From assembly GCA_029977385.1 (NCBI GenBank), contig JAPOKZ010000003.1, forward strand, positions 1-58,553: a stretch of DNA of 58,553 nucleotides, read 5' to 3'. The translations under genes were made by a program, and so were the position numbers. Below, in pieces: positions 38,201-49,800 of the stretch (positions are counted from its first letter, which is position 1; each line of letters opens with the position of its first letter). The notes below the pieces were generated by a model. It saw only the letters and a program-made list of their open reading frames with translations, made no database searches and had not been told where the DNA came from. Origin of the DNA: Methanobacteriota archaeon. GTDB lineage: Archaea; Thermoplasmatota; Poseidoniia; Poseidoniales; Thalassarchaeaceae.

Positions 38201-39539
38201 TATCGCTGCTGCACGTACCGGCTCCATCGTATGAAATCGAGTTGTTTGCCAGGTAGAGTCTTGATGCTGCTTGAATAGAATAAGAGTACATTCCCGCAAC
38301 TACCGGGGTGAGGGAAGTTTCGAAGATTGAGTTGTTCTCAGCGATTACATCGTAAGAACCACCCAGCCATAGTCCGAAATATCCACCTATGGGCCCAATC
38401 TCATTCCCGTGGATATGGGCCTCGCTATTGTATACTGCTACCCCTGAACCTGATGCAGCCCCTCCGATTTCATTATCGGAAATGTCCACAAGTGCCCCTG
38501 CTGCTGAAAATATCCCTGCACCATCGACTGTTGTAATTTCGTTGTTGGAAATATCGAAGTTGAAAGATGTCCCTCCAACTGCCTTCTTCCCATTCAAGTC
38601 AATACCATTACAATTCACATTGATTGCAGAGTTTGTTACGCTACCGGCTGACGTCCATAGTCCAATTCCGAAGTCGCCGGATTGGATGTCAGCATTGTCG
38701 ATATCGATAAATGAGTTCTCGGCCCATATTGTATGCCTGCCATTATCTCTGTTCCCACAGCCGTTGTTAGTTCCAGTCAAGGAAATATCAGACAAGGAGA
38801 ATGGACTCACAGATGAGCCTGAAGAATAAATTTGGAGAGCGGCGCCAACTATTCCGGTGTTGGCATCTATTCCAACTGCAAAGTCTCCACCATTGAATGA
38901 GGGTTGGGCTAGGTTAGTAGTTAGTACACTGGAGGTATTAATTTGATTGAAGGACAGTTCTGTGAGAGTTGGGCTGGCACCATCTAGGACTAGGGCCCCA
39001 TATCGAAACTCCCCCACTGCAGAAACATATTGTGGAATTCCCCAAGCACTATCGAAATTAACGTATCTCAAACCTGTTTCGGCTAGATCGATAGAACTCC
39101 TCATCAGGACTCCCTCGCTGCAAGAAGGGTCATTTATCCAAATCTCTTGATTGCCATAGCTCATCCCGTAGCACTCCCCTGTTGCACTTGCATTGACTGG
39201 CTCACTCCACCTTAGGTTGATCCTCATTGCTGGGCCTGCATTGGAAGAAGCCCCGCATGATGCGACTCCGGCGCAAAGACTCCCCCTTACATCGAGATGC
39301 GTTCCGTTGGGAAATTCAATCGTTGCCCCGGGGTTGATTATGAGTTTAGCACCAGGGGCTATCGTTACATCGCCAGTGAGTGTGTGTACCCCTGCCCAAG
39401 TCTCAGTCCCAGTAATGGTGCCTGATGTCGTCTCATTAGAAGCTGAAACAGTACTGGCTGGCAATGAAAGAGAAAGTAGAATACTGAACAGAAACAATCC
39501 GGTCAGAGACAAAGACCGTAACTTTCTGTCCCGGGCCAT
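35250..39539 (-). CDS. giant surface protein: right-handed parallel beta-helix (PbH1/NosD-like) region plus Ig-like repeats, C-terminal TM anchor and acidic Trp-rich tail
   Basis: - Signal peptide ...LLSLSLPASTVSA.
- About 600 aa of G/N/S/I-rich beta-helix-type repeats (e.g. NNEITTVDGAGIFSAAGALVDISDNEIGG).
- A Cys/Asp-rich insert CSDGIDNDGDLIVDTADPSCD.
- At least four ~100-aa Ig-like repeats ending in F(R/D)..DGIDYS-type motifs.
- TM helix MVVVIGIVVLTLAALLVLAFFTGFIG (about 35445-35518), then a tail of about 64 aa. Confidence 0.9.
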   Translation of the reverse strand: MARDRKLRSLSLTGLFLFSILLSLSLPASTVSASNETTSGTITGTETWAGVHTLTGDVTIAPGAKLIINPGATIEFPNGTHLDVRGSLCAGVASCGASSNAGPAMRINLRWSEPVNASATGECYGMSYGNQEIWINDPSCSEGVLMRSSIDLAETGLRYVNFDSAWGIPQYVSAVGEFRYGALVLDGASPTLTELSFNQINTSSVLTTNLAQPSFNGGDFAVGIDANTGIVGAALQIYSSGSSVSPFSLSDISLTGTNNGCGNRDNGRHTIWAENSFIDIDNADIQSGDFGIGLWTSAGSVTNSAINVNCNGIDLNGKKAVGGTSFNFDISNNEITTVDGAGIFSAAGALVDISDNEIGGAASGSGVAVYNSEAHIHGNEIGPIGGYFGLWLGGSYDVIAENNSIFETSLTPVVAGMYSYSIQAASRLYLANNSISYDGAGTCSSDTNWGGQFSCPVLHAYLTGVTMYDNIITASGTADGIRAVGSLLDIQRNSFDIQKTGAVIKNYDSGYADSQQYGSLAYFSENDWNQAESVYNVTKSSVTAQSEYIPSPPSGEYPVKLSWPDQEAWPDNQFQGAIIPTPVKDCNNCQNMTPRNFPLGVSMDNNSTVFTFADLTNLDLSKVKIATQPTHFAVQVSRAELVRFQTLIGGEKVSDALVIVEDALGNDLYRVNSGGDGFTPWIALPSNFHLDFRGLGGGDNPDGFADDEYEDSCSDGIDNDGDLIVDTADPSCDYSAGTRELSLYRYTAYRFGYGYYSGEFTLEENSLQETANLENQAPTVIVTQEDGHSFRRIVNITGSAYDGTLANSYPTDERAQWDQGGYVHEVQVRNPFTGSWESAEYAIDTSGVDEGKVTRFNRPFSSWYYSIDMTGMAGEGDYTFEFRAFDGIDYSPVVSRTIKLNTQPPTVFVTSPSSFSSHDEGSVIFDGFAQDPYGCPEDCNSDIGLVYMDISGPNYQVTSPVQTNEDGTWGWEWDFSTRPRELTTYTFTIWASDSDFCIGEVDECQPVTLTLTIDNRNSQPTISVNQPISGTRVPSSTDTSLSGVARDFDGGVTRVDLEVRDVSNDYVTVHETSTGEFSEEGEWEINWDTTQLRHDAEYQLRFRSYDGIDYSSWVDVIITADNPPNVGNNQPEFSQSGWQSEIVLYCDTESISVDKCTTVEIDLNEYFSDIDNDIQFMSVYNDPSIDSDDIYPLVVGVGTDGIARYDPADMLFYVEEMDAWTLNNVIFIATDAWDSKANSLPVTFRVLPLEFTIQEPNQTWVYSEGIAIYSGIGLPGKQVSVSIGGNPVNTTVVQEDGTWELGVPASRIKGESSIPEFSYAGQTTEVTPISKGEPTSDSTSMVVVIGIVVLTLAALLVLAFFTGFIGIEVEDDEGVKQPAQIPEGEEWWSGEDSNEITEEETGLERYEDHPGWLWDSESEEWIPDPDFQE

Positions 39540-39587
39540 TGTCCTTCGGACGACAACATGCCAATATAACCATAGGTTATTCTGGCA

Positions 39588-40850
39588 TCAATTTGCATCA
39601 GGTGAATCGGGGGTCTCGCTGCCAATTCCGAACTCTTTCTGAACCTGATTTGACCACTCAACTGCATCTAGTAGGCCATATCCCCTCTTGTCATCGTGAG
39701 TCTGAGTATGCTCTTCTGTTTTGTCAGCCGAATTAGCCAGCGCAACCTTGACTAATCGCATCTCTTGCTCGTCAATTTCTCCATCATCTCCAGCAATTTG
39801 TTCACCGTGAATAGCCAGTATGAGAGCCAGTGCACCAGTAACCATCACAGTGGAGTCGCTAGTTCCTGTTGAGAAGGCGTAGGGAGGGTCCCTCTCACTG
39901 TCTATGCAGGACCAGAGGTCAACTCCGGGAGCTAGGATCTCGGGTTTCTGGTTCGGGAACGTCCGATTTTGACCTGTTTCTGGGTCAACTAATGACCCCA
40001 CGGCACTATCTTTCCAAGGATCTCCGGATTTTCCGTGGGCCCCAACAGCAATGACTCCCGGGAGGCTTGCAGGCGATGAAACGTCTGAAGAGTCCTGCTC
40101 TGGATCAAGATTTCCCGCGGCTGCGACTACGAAAATACCCTCTCCGAGAGCCTCTCTTACTGCTTCTATGGTATCAGAGGAAGAAGCGAAAATGGATCCT
40201 GGCTCAGAACCTAGACTGAGAGAAATTATGTCGGAATCCTGAGATATTCTGCACCATCTTATGGCTTGAGAGACCATTCTTTCATTGGCTGACTTGCCAT
40301 CTGGGCCTAGTGCAATAGCCACTGATAACGAAACTTCAGGGGCCGCCCCTACAAATGATCCGTTTGCAACTAGCAGCCCGGCCATCAGTGTTCCATGGCT
40401 AGCCAAGCCGATATCTCGGATTGGATCGTTCACCTCGGTGTAGAAGTCACGGAAGCCCTCCAAGGACAAGTCATAGAAGTCGGGATGGGAGATGTCTATC
40501 CCGGTGTCTACTATGCATACATTGACCCCGTCGCCCATTGTTCCAGAACGCTGAAGTTCTCTTATTCCAGAGTCTTCGAAGGCCCATTCTGAATCTAGAA
40601 CATTACCAAGTACAGAGTATATTGAAGGATAGACCAGCATTATTGAGACTACAATGGCCGAGAATCCTACCGCCCCCCATGGCCAAAGAAATTTGATTAG
40701 TGGGTCCATTGGCCATCTCAGTTTCCTTGCTTCCTGGTCTGTGAGGCCATATGCCTTTCCGGGATAACCCGGTGCGTCCGTGTCCACTGCAGTCAGTAGG
40801 CTTGAATCCTCAGGCTCTGGCATGAGTTCGAGATGCGAGATTCCGCGCAT
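39588..40850 (-). CDS. membrane-anchored subtilisin-like serine protease (peptidase S8)
   Basis: N-terminal TM helix (FLWPWGAVGFSAIVVSIMLVYPSI). Asp motif VCIVDTGIDISHPDF (Asp codon 40506-40508) and His motif SHGTLMAG (His codon 40395-40397). The Ser motif GTSDSTVMV (Ser codon 39858-39860) lacks the usual M-A-x-P context. Confidence 0.9.
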   Translation of the reverse strand: MRGISHLELMPEPEDSSLLTAVDTDAPGYPGKAYGLTDQEARKLRWPMDPLIKFLWPWGAVGFSAIVVSIMLVYPSIYSVLGNVLDSEWAFEDSGIRELQRSGTMGDGVNVCIVDTGIDISHPDFYDLSLEGFRDFYTEVNDPIRDIGLASHGTLMAGLLVANGSFVGAAPEVSLSVAIALGPDGKSANERMVSQAIRWCRISQDSDIISLSLGSEPGSIFASSSDTIEAVREALGEGIFVVAAAGNLDPEQDSSDVSSPASLPGVIAVGAHGKSGDPWKDSAVGSLVDPETGQNRTFPNQKPEILAPGVDLWSCIDSERDPPYAFSTGTSDSTVMVTGALALILAIHGEQIAGDDGEIDEQEMRLVKVALANSADKTEEHTQTHDDKRGYGLLDAVEWSNQVQKEFGIGSETPDSPDAN

Positions 40851-40881
40851 GTTTGTCCAACCCTGTCTCGAGGTCGTAGTA

Positions 40882-43800
40882 TTAGAACGGGGCGCTGACC
40901 CGTCTGCTCGGCCTTCTGGTGAAGTATAGTAGAGCAGCTAGTAGCATGGCTAGGAAAGCGTATGTTAGGTACTGAAGATTATCATTCTCTTCGGAGCTGG
41001 CCCAGAGTTGAGCTTCGAATACACAAGATGACTCTCCCTCGGGTAGATTTTCAGCGCATGGTTCCGATATCTCTGCAGTGAGTTCCCCCTCAATGTAGAA
41101 TTTGATGAAGTACTTCTTTGGCTCGTCAAACTGAGTGAAATCCATATTAATCAAGAATGTAGCCTCACTATTTGCTGGAACTGAACCGCTGGAAGTTGCA
41201 TTGACTCCGACGAAATTTTCACACCTAATGTCTGAGCATAGTGCTGCAGACAAGGTTACGCTGTCTGCGTCTACATTTCCAGTATTGGAGATACTCAAGG
41301 AATATGTCTCAATTTCCCCATAGGTTGCGAAATCGCTTCCAAGAAGATCGACAGAACCTCCATTTATGGAAAGGGATGGTGCGTCCATTACCAGTATTGT
41401 TTCTCCCTGGTATGAGTTGTTATTCTGATCAGTGACTGTGAAAGTGATTTCTTCTGTGTACTGGCTTGGGAGTTCTGTCTCGCTCGATCTGACGAAAGTG
41501 AAGGTTGCAGTACCATCCGAGAATGGCGATGCCGGTTGAGTACTCGGGCCGGCGACCTCCCACCAATCACTCTGTTCGAATTCGAAGAAGAATAGCTCAT
41601 CTGAGTTACCTATGTTCTTGAAGGGTATCTCCATCGTAACTGCTCTTTCATCTATATCGAAGTAGACGTTGTCTGGCTCATATACCTCTAATCCCCTGAC
41701 CGGGGGAACTTCTACTGTAAGTTCGAGTTGAGTCGAGTATCCCTGGTTTGTTGATAGTTTAACGAGGACCTTGTGACCCATAGGGAAGTGATGTGCCGAA
41801 CCTACGTTTGCAGGAACGACTCGAATTTTGATTATCTCCGATAGGTCAGAGTTTCCGAGTCCCAAGTCGAAAGAGTGCATGTTCGACCAAGATCCGGTAG
41901 AGTTCTGGAACTCCACACTCCACTGGGCTCCGTCAGCCCCTGGGACCGTACCGACCGCTGTGTACTCGTCTAAGGAGTTGTGACCTTGGTAATCCACTGT
42001 TACGTTGAAGTACGCGTCATTGTACTTGCAACCAGGGACCTGGTTCTCGAAGAGCCCCTGCCCAAGTGGGAAGTCATCATCAGAGTCTATAGTCCCATCT
42101 TCATCATCGTCTGGGTCTGCGTTGTCGCCTATTCCGTCTCCATCGTTGTCGTTCCACTCGCTTGAGTCAAGTGGGAATGCATCCTCACCGTTAATCACAC
42201 CGTCTCCATCAACGTCGTTTGTGCATGTTTGGTCTAACTCATTTACTAGTACCGTCTCTTCGCCCTGAACAGCTAGAGAGACATCTTGCTTGGAAACTCT
42301 CTCAATGCTGAGTGTGCTTAGGGGGCTTTCCTGTCCTGCCCTAATTGTCACTCCCTTACCTCCCGAGTAGGAGACGTTCCTGCCCTCTTCAACCAGTTCG
42401 AAGTCACTGGAAGTCTGAATAGTCCCAGGGAGAAGTAGTAGAGATAGTGTGCCGTCCTCATCCAGCTCCTCGACCCACGACATGGAGTTGAAATCAATTA
42501 CGAGTTCATAGCCTTCAATCTCGATTAGTTCGTGCTCTGCTCCTTCGAAGTCAAGCCAACTTGTATCGAGATTGAGAATTCCCCCTATAGTGAGTTCTGA
42601 GTCCACCGATCCTCCTTCCACACCAACATCGATAGGGTCGATTGATACCAATCCCTGGCAGTCAGGTGATGTGCCGGAGGTCGTTGAGTATGCCACCCAG
42701 CTACCTGGCTGAAGAAGTGTAGTCCAATCCCCTTCACTGTTTCCCGAGACCTGCACACGATCTCTGGCGATTCCATGAGAGGGGATAATGACAACAGACC
42801 AGTCACCATTGGAGACGCAATCCTGATCAAGATACGAGATGGTTCCGGAGACCTCTACCTCGCCTGCAGAAATCTCAATATCCTCATTGAGTGATGATTC
42901 GCCGAGTTCAACCGTTGTGTTCTGCGAGTCGAATCCTGCCTTCTCCACGGAAATGTTCCATGAGCTCAATGAGGGCAGGAAGGTGGACCATTCTCCGTCC
43001 TCGCTAGTGATGATTTGTAGGCTCTCATCGTTTCCTGCGAGGTTAACTGTTGCATTGGCAAGACCCTCTGAGAATCCTGGAGTGCCATCTGCATCAAGAT
43101 CCCAGAATACCTTGCCGCTAAGCCTAACTAGCTTCTGTACGGTCATGTAAATTTGGTGATCGGGCCCCACGGTAACGCCCGACTCAATCAGAGTTGAGTT
43201 CTCTAGGAGTATCCTCACCCCATTTTGGCTGGTCTGGTTAACCTGTACGTTCCACAATCCTGGAACAAGTCTGATTTCTACGGCTTGGTCAAGTCCATCA
43301 ACCGAAGTCTGGAAGGAGCCTAGTCCTTCTTGTGACGTGACTGTGATTTCTATTTCCTCTGCATTGGCTAATTCAGATGATGATTGAAGAGTCAGGGCAA
43401 CATGAGCTAACTCTTGTGTGTAGAAGTTGTATCTGGTCCCTGCTGAATCCTGATTCACAGATATGTCCATTCTAAGTCCCTCTAAGACTTCAGAGTCGGT
43501 CTCGAAATCGTCGACAATCACTATCCAATCGCCTTCGTGAAGGTACTCTACTAACATCCCCCCCTCGTCTGTTAAGAACGTCTGAACCCATCCACTGTCA
43601 ACTGACTCCAGTTTTATCTCATGATTGGAGAGAAGTTCTCCACTCTCATTTCTAAAGGTGATATTGGTCAACCATCTTGGTTCGAAACCCACGGAACGTA
43701 CTATCGTTGAAGCCTCAATTTCCACATCGAATATTTCGTTTGTGTCATACAGAGTATCGAATGGTTCGTCTGCAGAAGAGTTGGCCCTCTCGACTACTAT

Positions 43801-46800
43801 TCTGTATCTTCCGGGTTCCAGCGATACTTCGGCAGTCCCAGAGCCAATCCACTCTGGGCCATCAGATTCTACAGTGTAACCAGCCCCGTTGGGAGAGAGT
43901 GGCTTGATCTCGAAAGGATAGTTTACAGGCGTACCGTTTGATGCGTTGTTGTCCCCCTCGTGATCGATGAAGAAGTCGATTTGTACGGTACTGTTCTCAA
44001 GTGGTAAAGCGAGTAATTCTACTACTCCCTCCATCGAGGAATTGACTTCCTTGATCACTGAATTGGATGACATCCCTCCTGCATCAAGGGTAAATGACCA
44101 GTTGCCCATAGGCAGGAGCATGTCGAAGCGCCCCAGGTCATCAACCTCCTCTCTCCAAACGGCAGTAGTTTCGCCATCGAGGTTGTTTGCTAAGGCATGG
44201 ACAGGATACCATCCAGAGAATCCTTGATTGTACGTATTACCTTCACGGTTCAGGCTTACTTCGCCCAGGACCATCATCGAGTCCGTGAGTTCTATTGTTA
44301 TATTTTCCATCCCTTCTTCTACTTGGAAGCTGGTACCGTTTGAGTAGAATCCTCCGGCACCGACCATCCTCTCGACTGTTGCCTGGACAACTGCGCCACG
44401 AGGTAGGAGGACGCTGAACTCGCCGAATGAGTCTGTTGAGGATATTAGGGTGAACCCTTCCCATTGGAAAATAATCTGTTGGTTATTAACTCTGGATTCC
44501 AGCTGAGACGCTGATCCATCCTTATCTGGTTTGTTCAATACAATTCCGTTCACAGATTGACTGACGAGGAACTGGAATGATTCGGAGATATCTGATTCTG
44601 CGACCTTCACCCTTTGCCATAGTTGCTTGTCATCACCCAGAGTGTAGTTCAGAACCCAATCGCCGTGAAGTAATTCTGCATGGTAGGTTTTTGTGTCGTT
44701 ATCGAAAATTGCCGATACTGGTGCCAGATTCTGATCCTCAGGCAGGAATTGCAACTCTAGGTCGTCCACACTTGTTCCTTCGTCTGATAGTGTGAAGGCG
44801 ATATCGGATGTTCTAGGGATTTCCGATGGGAATGAAACCAAGGTTCCTTGATCGGATTCAAAGGTGAAAATCTGTGACAATTCTGGGAATCCGTCCTCGT
44901 CTATATCTATTTCAGCGATGTAGGTTCCTGGCACTATTGGACCCACTTCGAAAGATCCAGTTTCATCAGTGGTCGTGAAGCATGGCTGAGTTATTACCCC
45001 CCGGCATTGTATCTGAGAGTCCGCGCTTGATCCATTGATTGAGAATATTGAAATCCTTTCATCGGAAATTGGTTGACCCGAATACAACGACACTTGGCCC
45101 TTTATTGCGCCCCCGTATATCGAAACTGGGGATTGAACATCTGAGGAAGATAGAGGAATCCTGAATGGAGTTGTCAACTCCACGGGACTTCCTGTACCGA
45201 AATCGACCGATAATACGTATTCTCCCGGTAGGGCGTCTACAACGTGGAAAGATCCTGGGCTGACCATGGGGCCACTGAAAAGTGCGTGTCCCGAGAAGGT
45301 CCCAGTACCGTTTATTGTCCCATAGGATGATAGATTGTGATTTGCATCTGTGACGAATGTACCAGAGCCTATGAAAGTGGCTTGGAATAGGTCTCTAGTA
45401 AACTCGCTGATCTCAATCGAAGTGAACTTTCCAGAGCCGTTAATTGTCCCGTCAATAATGTAGTTGCCCTCGCTAACTAAGCACGCGTCCGAGCCATCCG
45501 GGACTGAATCTCCAGAACAATCAGGATAGGTGCCTGAGATTGAGCCATCGAATGTGCCCTTTCCGGAGAATTGTCCCTGCCCAGTTATGCTATGGTTGTC
45601 ATAGATGGTCTGGGTATGAGATCCGGTGAATTCCTGAACAGAAACTGAACCCATGCTCTCAACTGAACCCTCTCCAATGAAGGTCGCTTCTCCGGTTCCT
45701 GTGAACCTCAAATCCTCGCCCTCCATGCTTCCGTCGGAGGTCATGGCAACATAGGGATGGATGGTAACCTCATCCGAGGATGGAGTGAGTACGACTTGTG
45801 CCGAGATTACCGGCTCTCCGTCGAAGTCCAGTTCTCCTGACCACTCTAGGATTCCGGCAGCGGACGAGGGGGAAACTGAGATAGGGGCCTGAATAATTGA
45901 TTTGCCGTTACTATGACCGTCTATTCCAGAAATATTCACGACCGTTTCAGATAGCCATGTAGAGCCGTATACGTTTCCGAGAATCCCAGTTACTGCATTC
46001 ACATTCCTATTTTGGGAGCTCTCGACGAATAGTTCTTGCATGGAGGAGCCGGATCCCGTCATCAGCGAGGATCTGGCCGATTCTAAGTCTGGCTCGCCCG
46101 AGAAAGCGGATACTCGGATCTTTCCTGCTGGCACCTTGAATGAGAAAAATCCGTCTTCATTAGCCTGAGTGCTGCCGATAGGAATCCAGTATGTTCTGGA
46201 ATCTCTATCGACGACATGACTCTCATTGGCCTCTTCCCCACTGAATGCATCCCTCTCAATCAGAATCCTAGCATTCGGAACTGGGCCAATTCCATCGAGA
46301 GATACGGTGCCCTCCAGAGTAGCGCCGCTGTAGTACTTCAGAATCTTCACGTTTCTATTAGAGTCGTAGATTGAGCCGCAGTACTTGTCAGCCTTGCCGG
46401 TTAGAACGAAATCTGTCCCGTTGCTTGTGTTGGTAGCGGCATTGCTGATATCTATGCTCTTGGAATCGAATGAGATGGCGCTACTGTAGGTGGGAATGGA
46501 GGAACCTGTTGGAATAACTCCTTCTTCGAATTGTGTGACCTCCCATGGCCCTCCCGACTGAATGGCTGACCAGCCTGTTGAGAGGGTAGCGTCTGTTGAC
46601 AGGGTAACGTCTGTCAGCTTGGTTGAGTCTGTAACCGTAGAAGCCGATCCGGTAATCTGGATTTCTTGGCAATGGGATCCATTGGTCGGATCGTACCAAT
46701 TGGATAGTACGAAGTGATTCATCATTGCCCCGGGAAGAGCCATGGAACCCTGTAGATAGCTCCCTGGAGTCCCTGTTAGTGAGTTTGGTAGAATCCAAGT

Positions 46801-49800
46801 AGATGGGGTGTCGGCATCTCCAACCTGTCCGCTGATTGAGGGCAAACCAAGGGTCGATGTCCCATAACCCACATACGTCCTTGCTATCATTGTATCAAAG
46901 AAACCTGCCTGGTGCTGGTAATTCCTGTCCGTGAGTTGGATCATATCCTCGCCGGTGGAAGCGCCCGATGCCTGTGCCCTGAGGTCGGACATCTGTTGGT
47001 CCAAGAATTCCTGGAGGGTCTTTGGACCCTGATTAGTCTCATAGGTAGTGGTGATGTAAGTATCCATATCTAGACCAGAGAGTCCTGTTGGTGCGTGGAA
47101 AATGCCCGAATATGCCCCCCTGTGATATGACTGGAAGTCCCGATACGCACTTCCACCTAATGGATAGAGGCGGTTATCCACAGCGAAGTATCTGATTTCG
47201 TGATTCCTTGCTGTTGTACTTCCATGGGATTCCTCGAAGTCGGACACCTCGTAGTTGTCGATAGATGAAATCTTGTGGTATACGCTAACGAGTTGGTCCA
47301 AGTCCAATGCGGCTGTTAGGAAGGCTCTAGCCATTCCAAACTTCGCATTAGTGCGGTGAATTTCCGTGGAAACGTCGTAGTAGTCGTCAATTATGTCCCG
47401 AGTGTATAGATAGCCACCGACGTTGTAGTGCTCGGCGTCTTGGAAATCGAGGATTTCGTACTCTGAATTCAACCCTGATCCTCTTGCGTTGTTGAATAAG
47501 GTTCTAGCCTCAGATAGATTAGCAGTGGGTTCTTCGTACTGTTGCCCTTCCTTGATGACAATGAACATATGGCCAGCATCGATCATGGGCATCCCATTAT
47601 CATCCAAAGGATTACCCTTGAGCATCTGAACCTCATCGTACTCAGCGACTACTGCCATGGATCGTTTTTCCAGGAACTCCAGATCCCTGTTCGATAGGAT
47701 ATCTTGGAATTCATTAATCTGTTCCTCGGACAATTCTGGCCCCAGTGCGGCGAGGAAATCTGACCCAAGATTTGCACCGCCATTCAATTTCTTGTCACCG
47801 AAGGCGAGTGTTGAGATGAACAAAGAGATAGTATCTTCCTGTCCCGAAGATAGGAGCATTGCTCCGCTACTCGGGATTCCTGACTGGAAGTTATCTGCCA
47901 CGGTAGGGTGATCCCCCGATGCTAGGGCTTGGAAACCATAATCCCACCAAGATACAAAGGCTGGTCTTTCGCTGAAAGGATCGTTTTTGTCCTGCTCTGA
48001 AAGCCACTCATATGCCTCATTCCAGCCCTGTCCACCGAAGCTTGGCCCAAAGGTTCCCATATACCACAGGCCCGATTCGCTAGGATCGTATTGTTCGCTG
48101 TTCATAACGGAGAACAAACCCAGTAAATCCTGGCGTAGAATATCTGGAGCCAAGTCGTAGATGCTCTGGTCCACTTCATTTGCCGACTTGTCATTGCCTG
48201 GTATGCCAGAATCGATCCCATATGTGGCATGCTGAGAAGAGATCAACAGGATTACCATGATCATAGCAGGAATTCCTGGCCTTGCCTTCGTTGCCGGCCA
48301 TAGGGATCTGAAACGAGTCCTTGGAGTGCCTATTCCTGAGTTTCTCCAAACCTTGGAAAATGCTGGCATTCCTGCGGCCCCCCACAGCATTGAGATTCCG
48401 ATACCCCCTACAACCGCCATAGCTGGAGTCGCGTTGATGATGAATCGACCTGCAGACCAAGACATGTAAGATGCGATTAGGGTCCAGAGACCCAATAGCG
48501 TTAGTTCTGATTGATTCTTCCTGCTTCCCCTCCAAAGGAGAATTATGGCGCACCCTATAGCAATGACAGCTACTATTGGGCCATAGGATGCGAATAGTCT
48601 TCCTCGATCAGGAGCTTGGGCCTCTCCAATCGTCAGGAAGATCTTGTTCTTGGAAAAGTAGAATCCACCTGTGAAGAGGATATCCCAGCCGTTGTACAGC
48701 TGCGCTTCCTGAAGAATGAAGAGTATCGCAAGAATCGAACCGAAAAGTGCGCTACCGCCCATTACTATCAGAAGCCATGGCTTGTCTCTGAATGAGCTGG
48801 AAATCCAACCCATAGCGAAAGTGAATCCGATGATGTAGAACATAGGTTGCATACCACTGGGGGCGAAGAGCAGGTTCATTCCCGGCCAAGCGTAGAACGG
48901 TGCGGGGATTAACATGGAAGTGAACATCATCTGAAGAGATGCAGATGTAAATTGTAGACTGTCCCTTCCCTTGAAGATGTTTACCACAACTTGGAATGAA
49001 TATGCTAGGAAGAGAATTCCTGGACCATAAACGAAACCCTTCCAGCCTAGTGCCATAATAGAGAATGCTATTCCCGACATTGTTGCATTTGCCATTAGGG
49101 CTGGATTGCGCTTCCAAGTCTCCCTAATCCCTGCAATGACATAGAGTGGATTTGCGCTTGTCGACTTGAAGACCTTCTTGTATTGGATTTGTTCGAGGCC
49201 TTTAATCCAGAAATATAATGCAATCGCCAGGAAGAGCATGGCGAATGAGTCGTGGTCAGCATATGCGAAGGTAGAACGGCTCAGATGTCCGGGCATTAGT
49301 GCAATGAGCCATGCGGAAATTATTCCCGCATTCCTGCTGTGTGCACGCGAAGCGATTCCTGCGACTGGGACAACAATCAGAGCCCCATAGATTGCTGGAA
49401 GTGAAGACATTGCCCACCATACTGCTTGCTCTGAAGGAATCTCAAGTAACCAAGAGAGGGCTATTCCACCTAGAGCCAAGGACCATGAGAATAGAGGAGG
49501 TCTTGGATTAATCCCACCCAATGGGTAAGCCCTGTCATGATCGTAAATCAGGTGACTCCTCTCAGCGATTACGTAATCGACGACACGCTTCATGTACCAA
49601 GGGTCGGAACCACCAGACATGTCCCAAAGTCCGGTTCCACTAGCGTTCATCGCGGGTATTACATTCCACGCTACTCGAACGACAAGAGCGGTGATGAATG
49701 CTAAAGATACCATCAGAAAGTAAGAGTTCTCATTCCACCAGACTCTGAATGGGCTTTTCTCCCTTCTAGGAGCAACATCGCCGAATACCCCTCTTGATGA

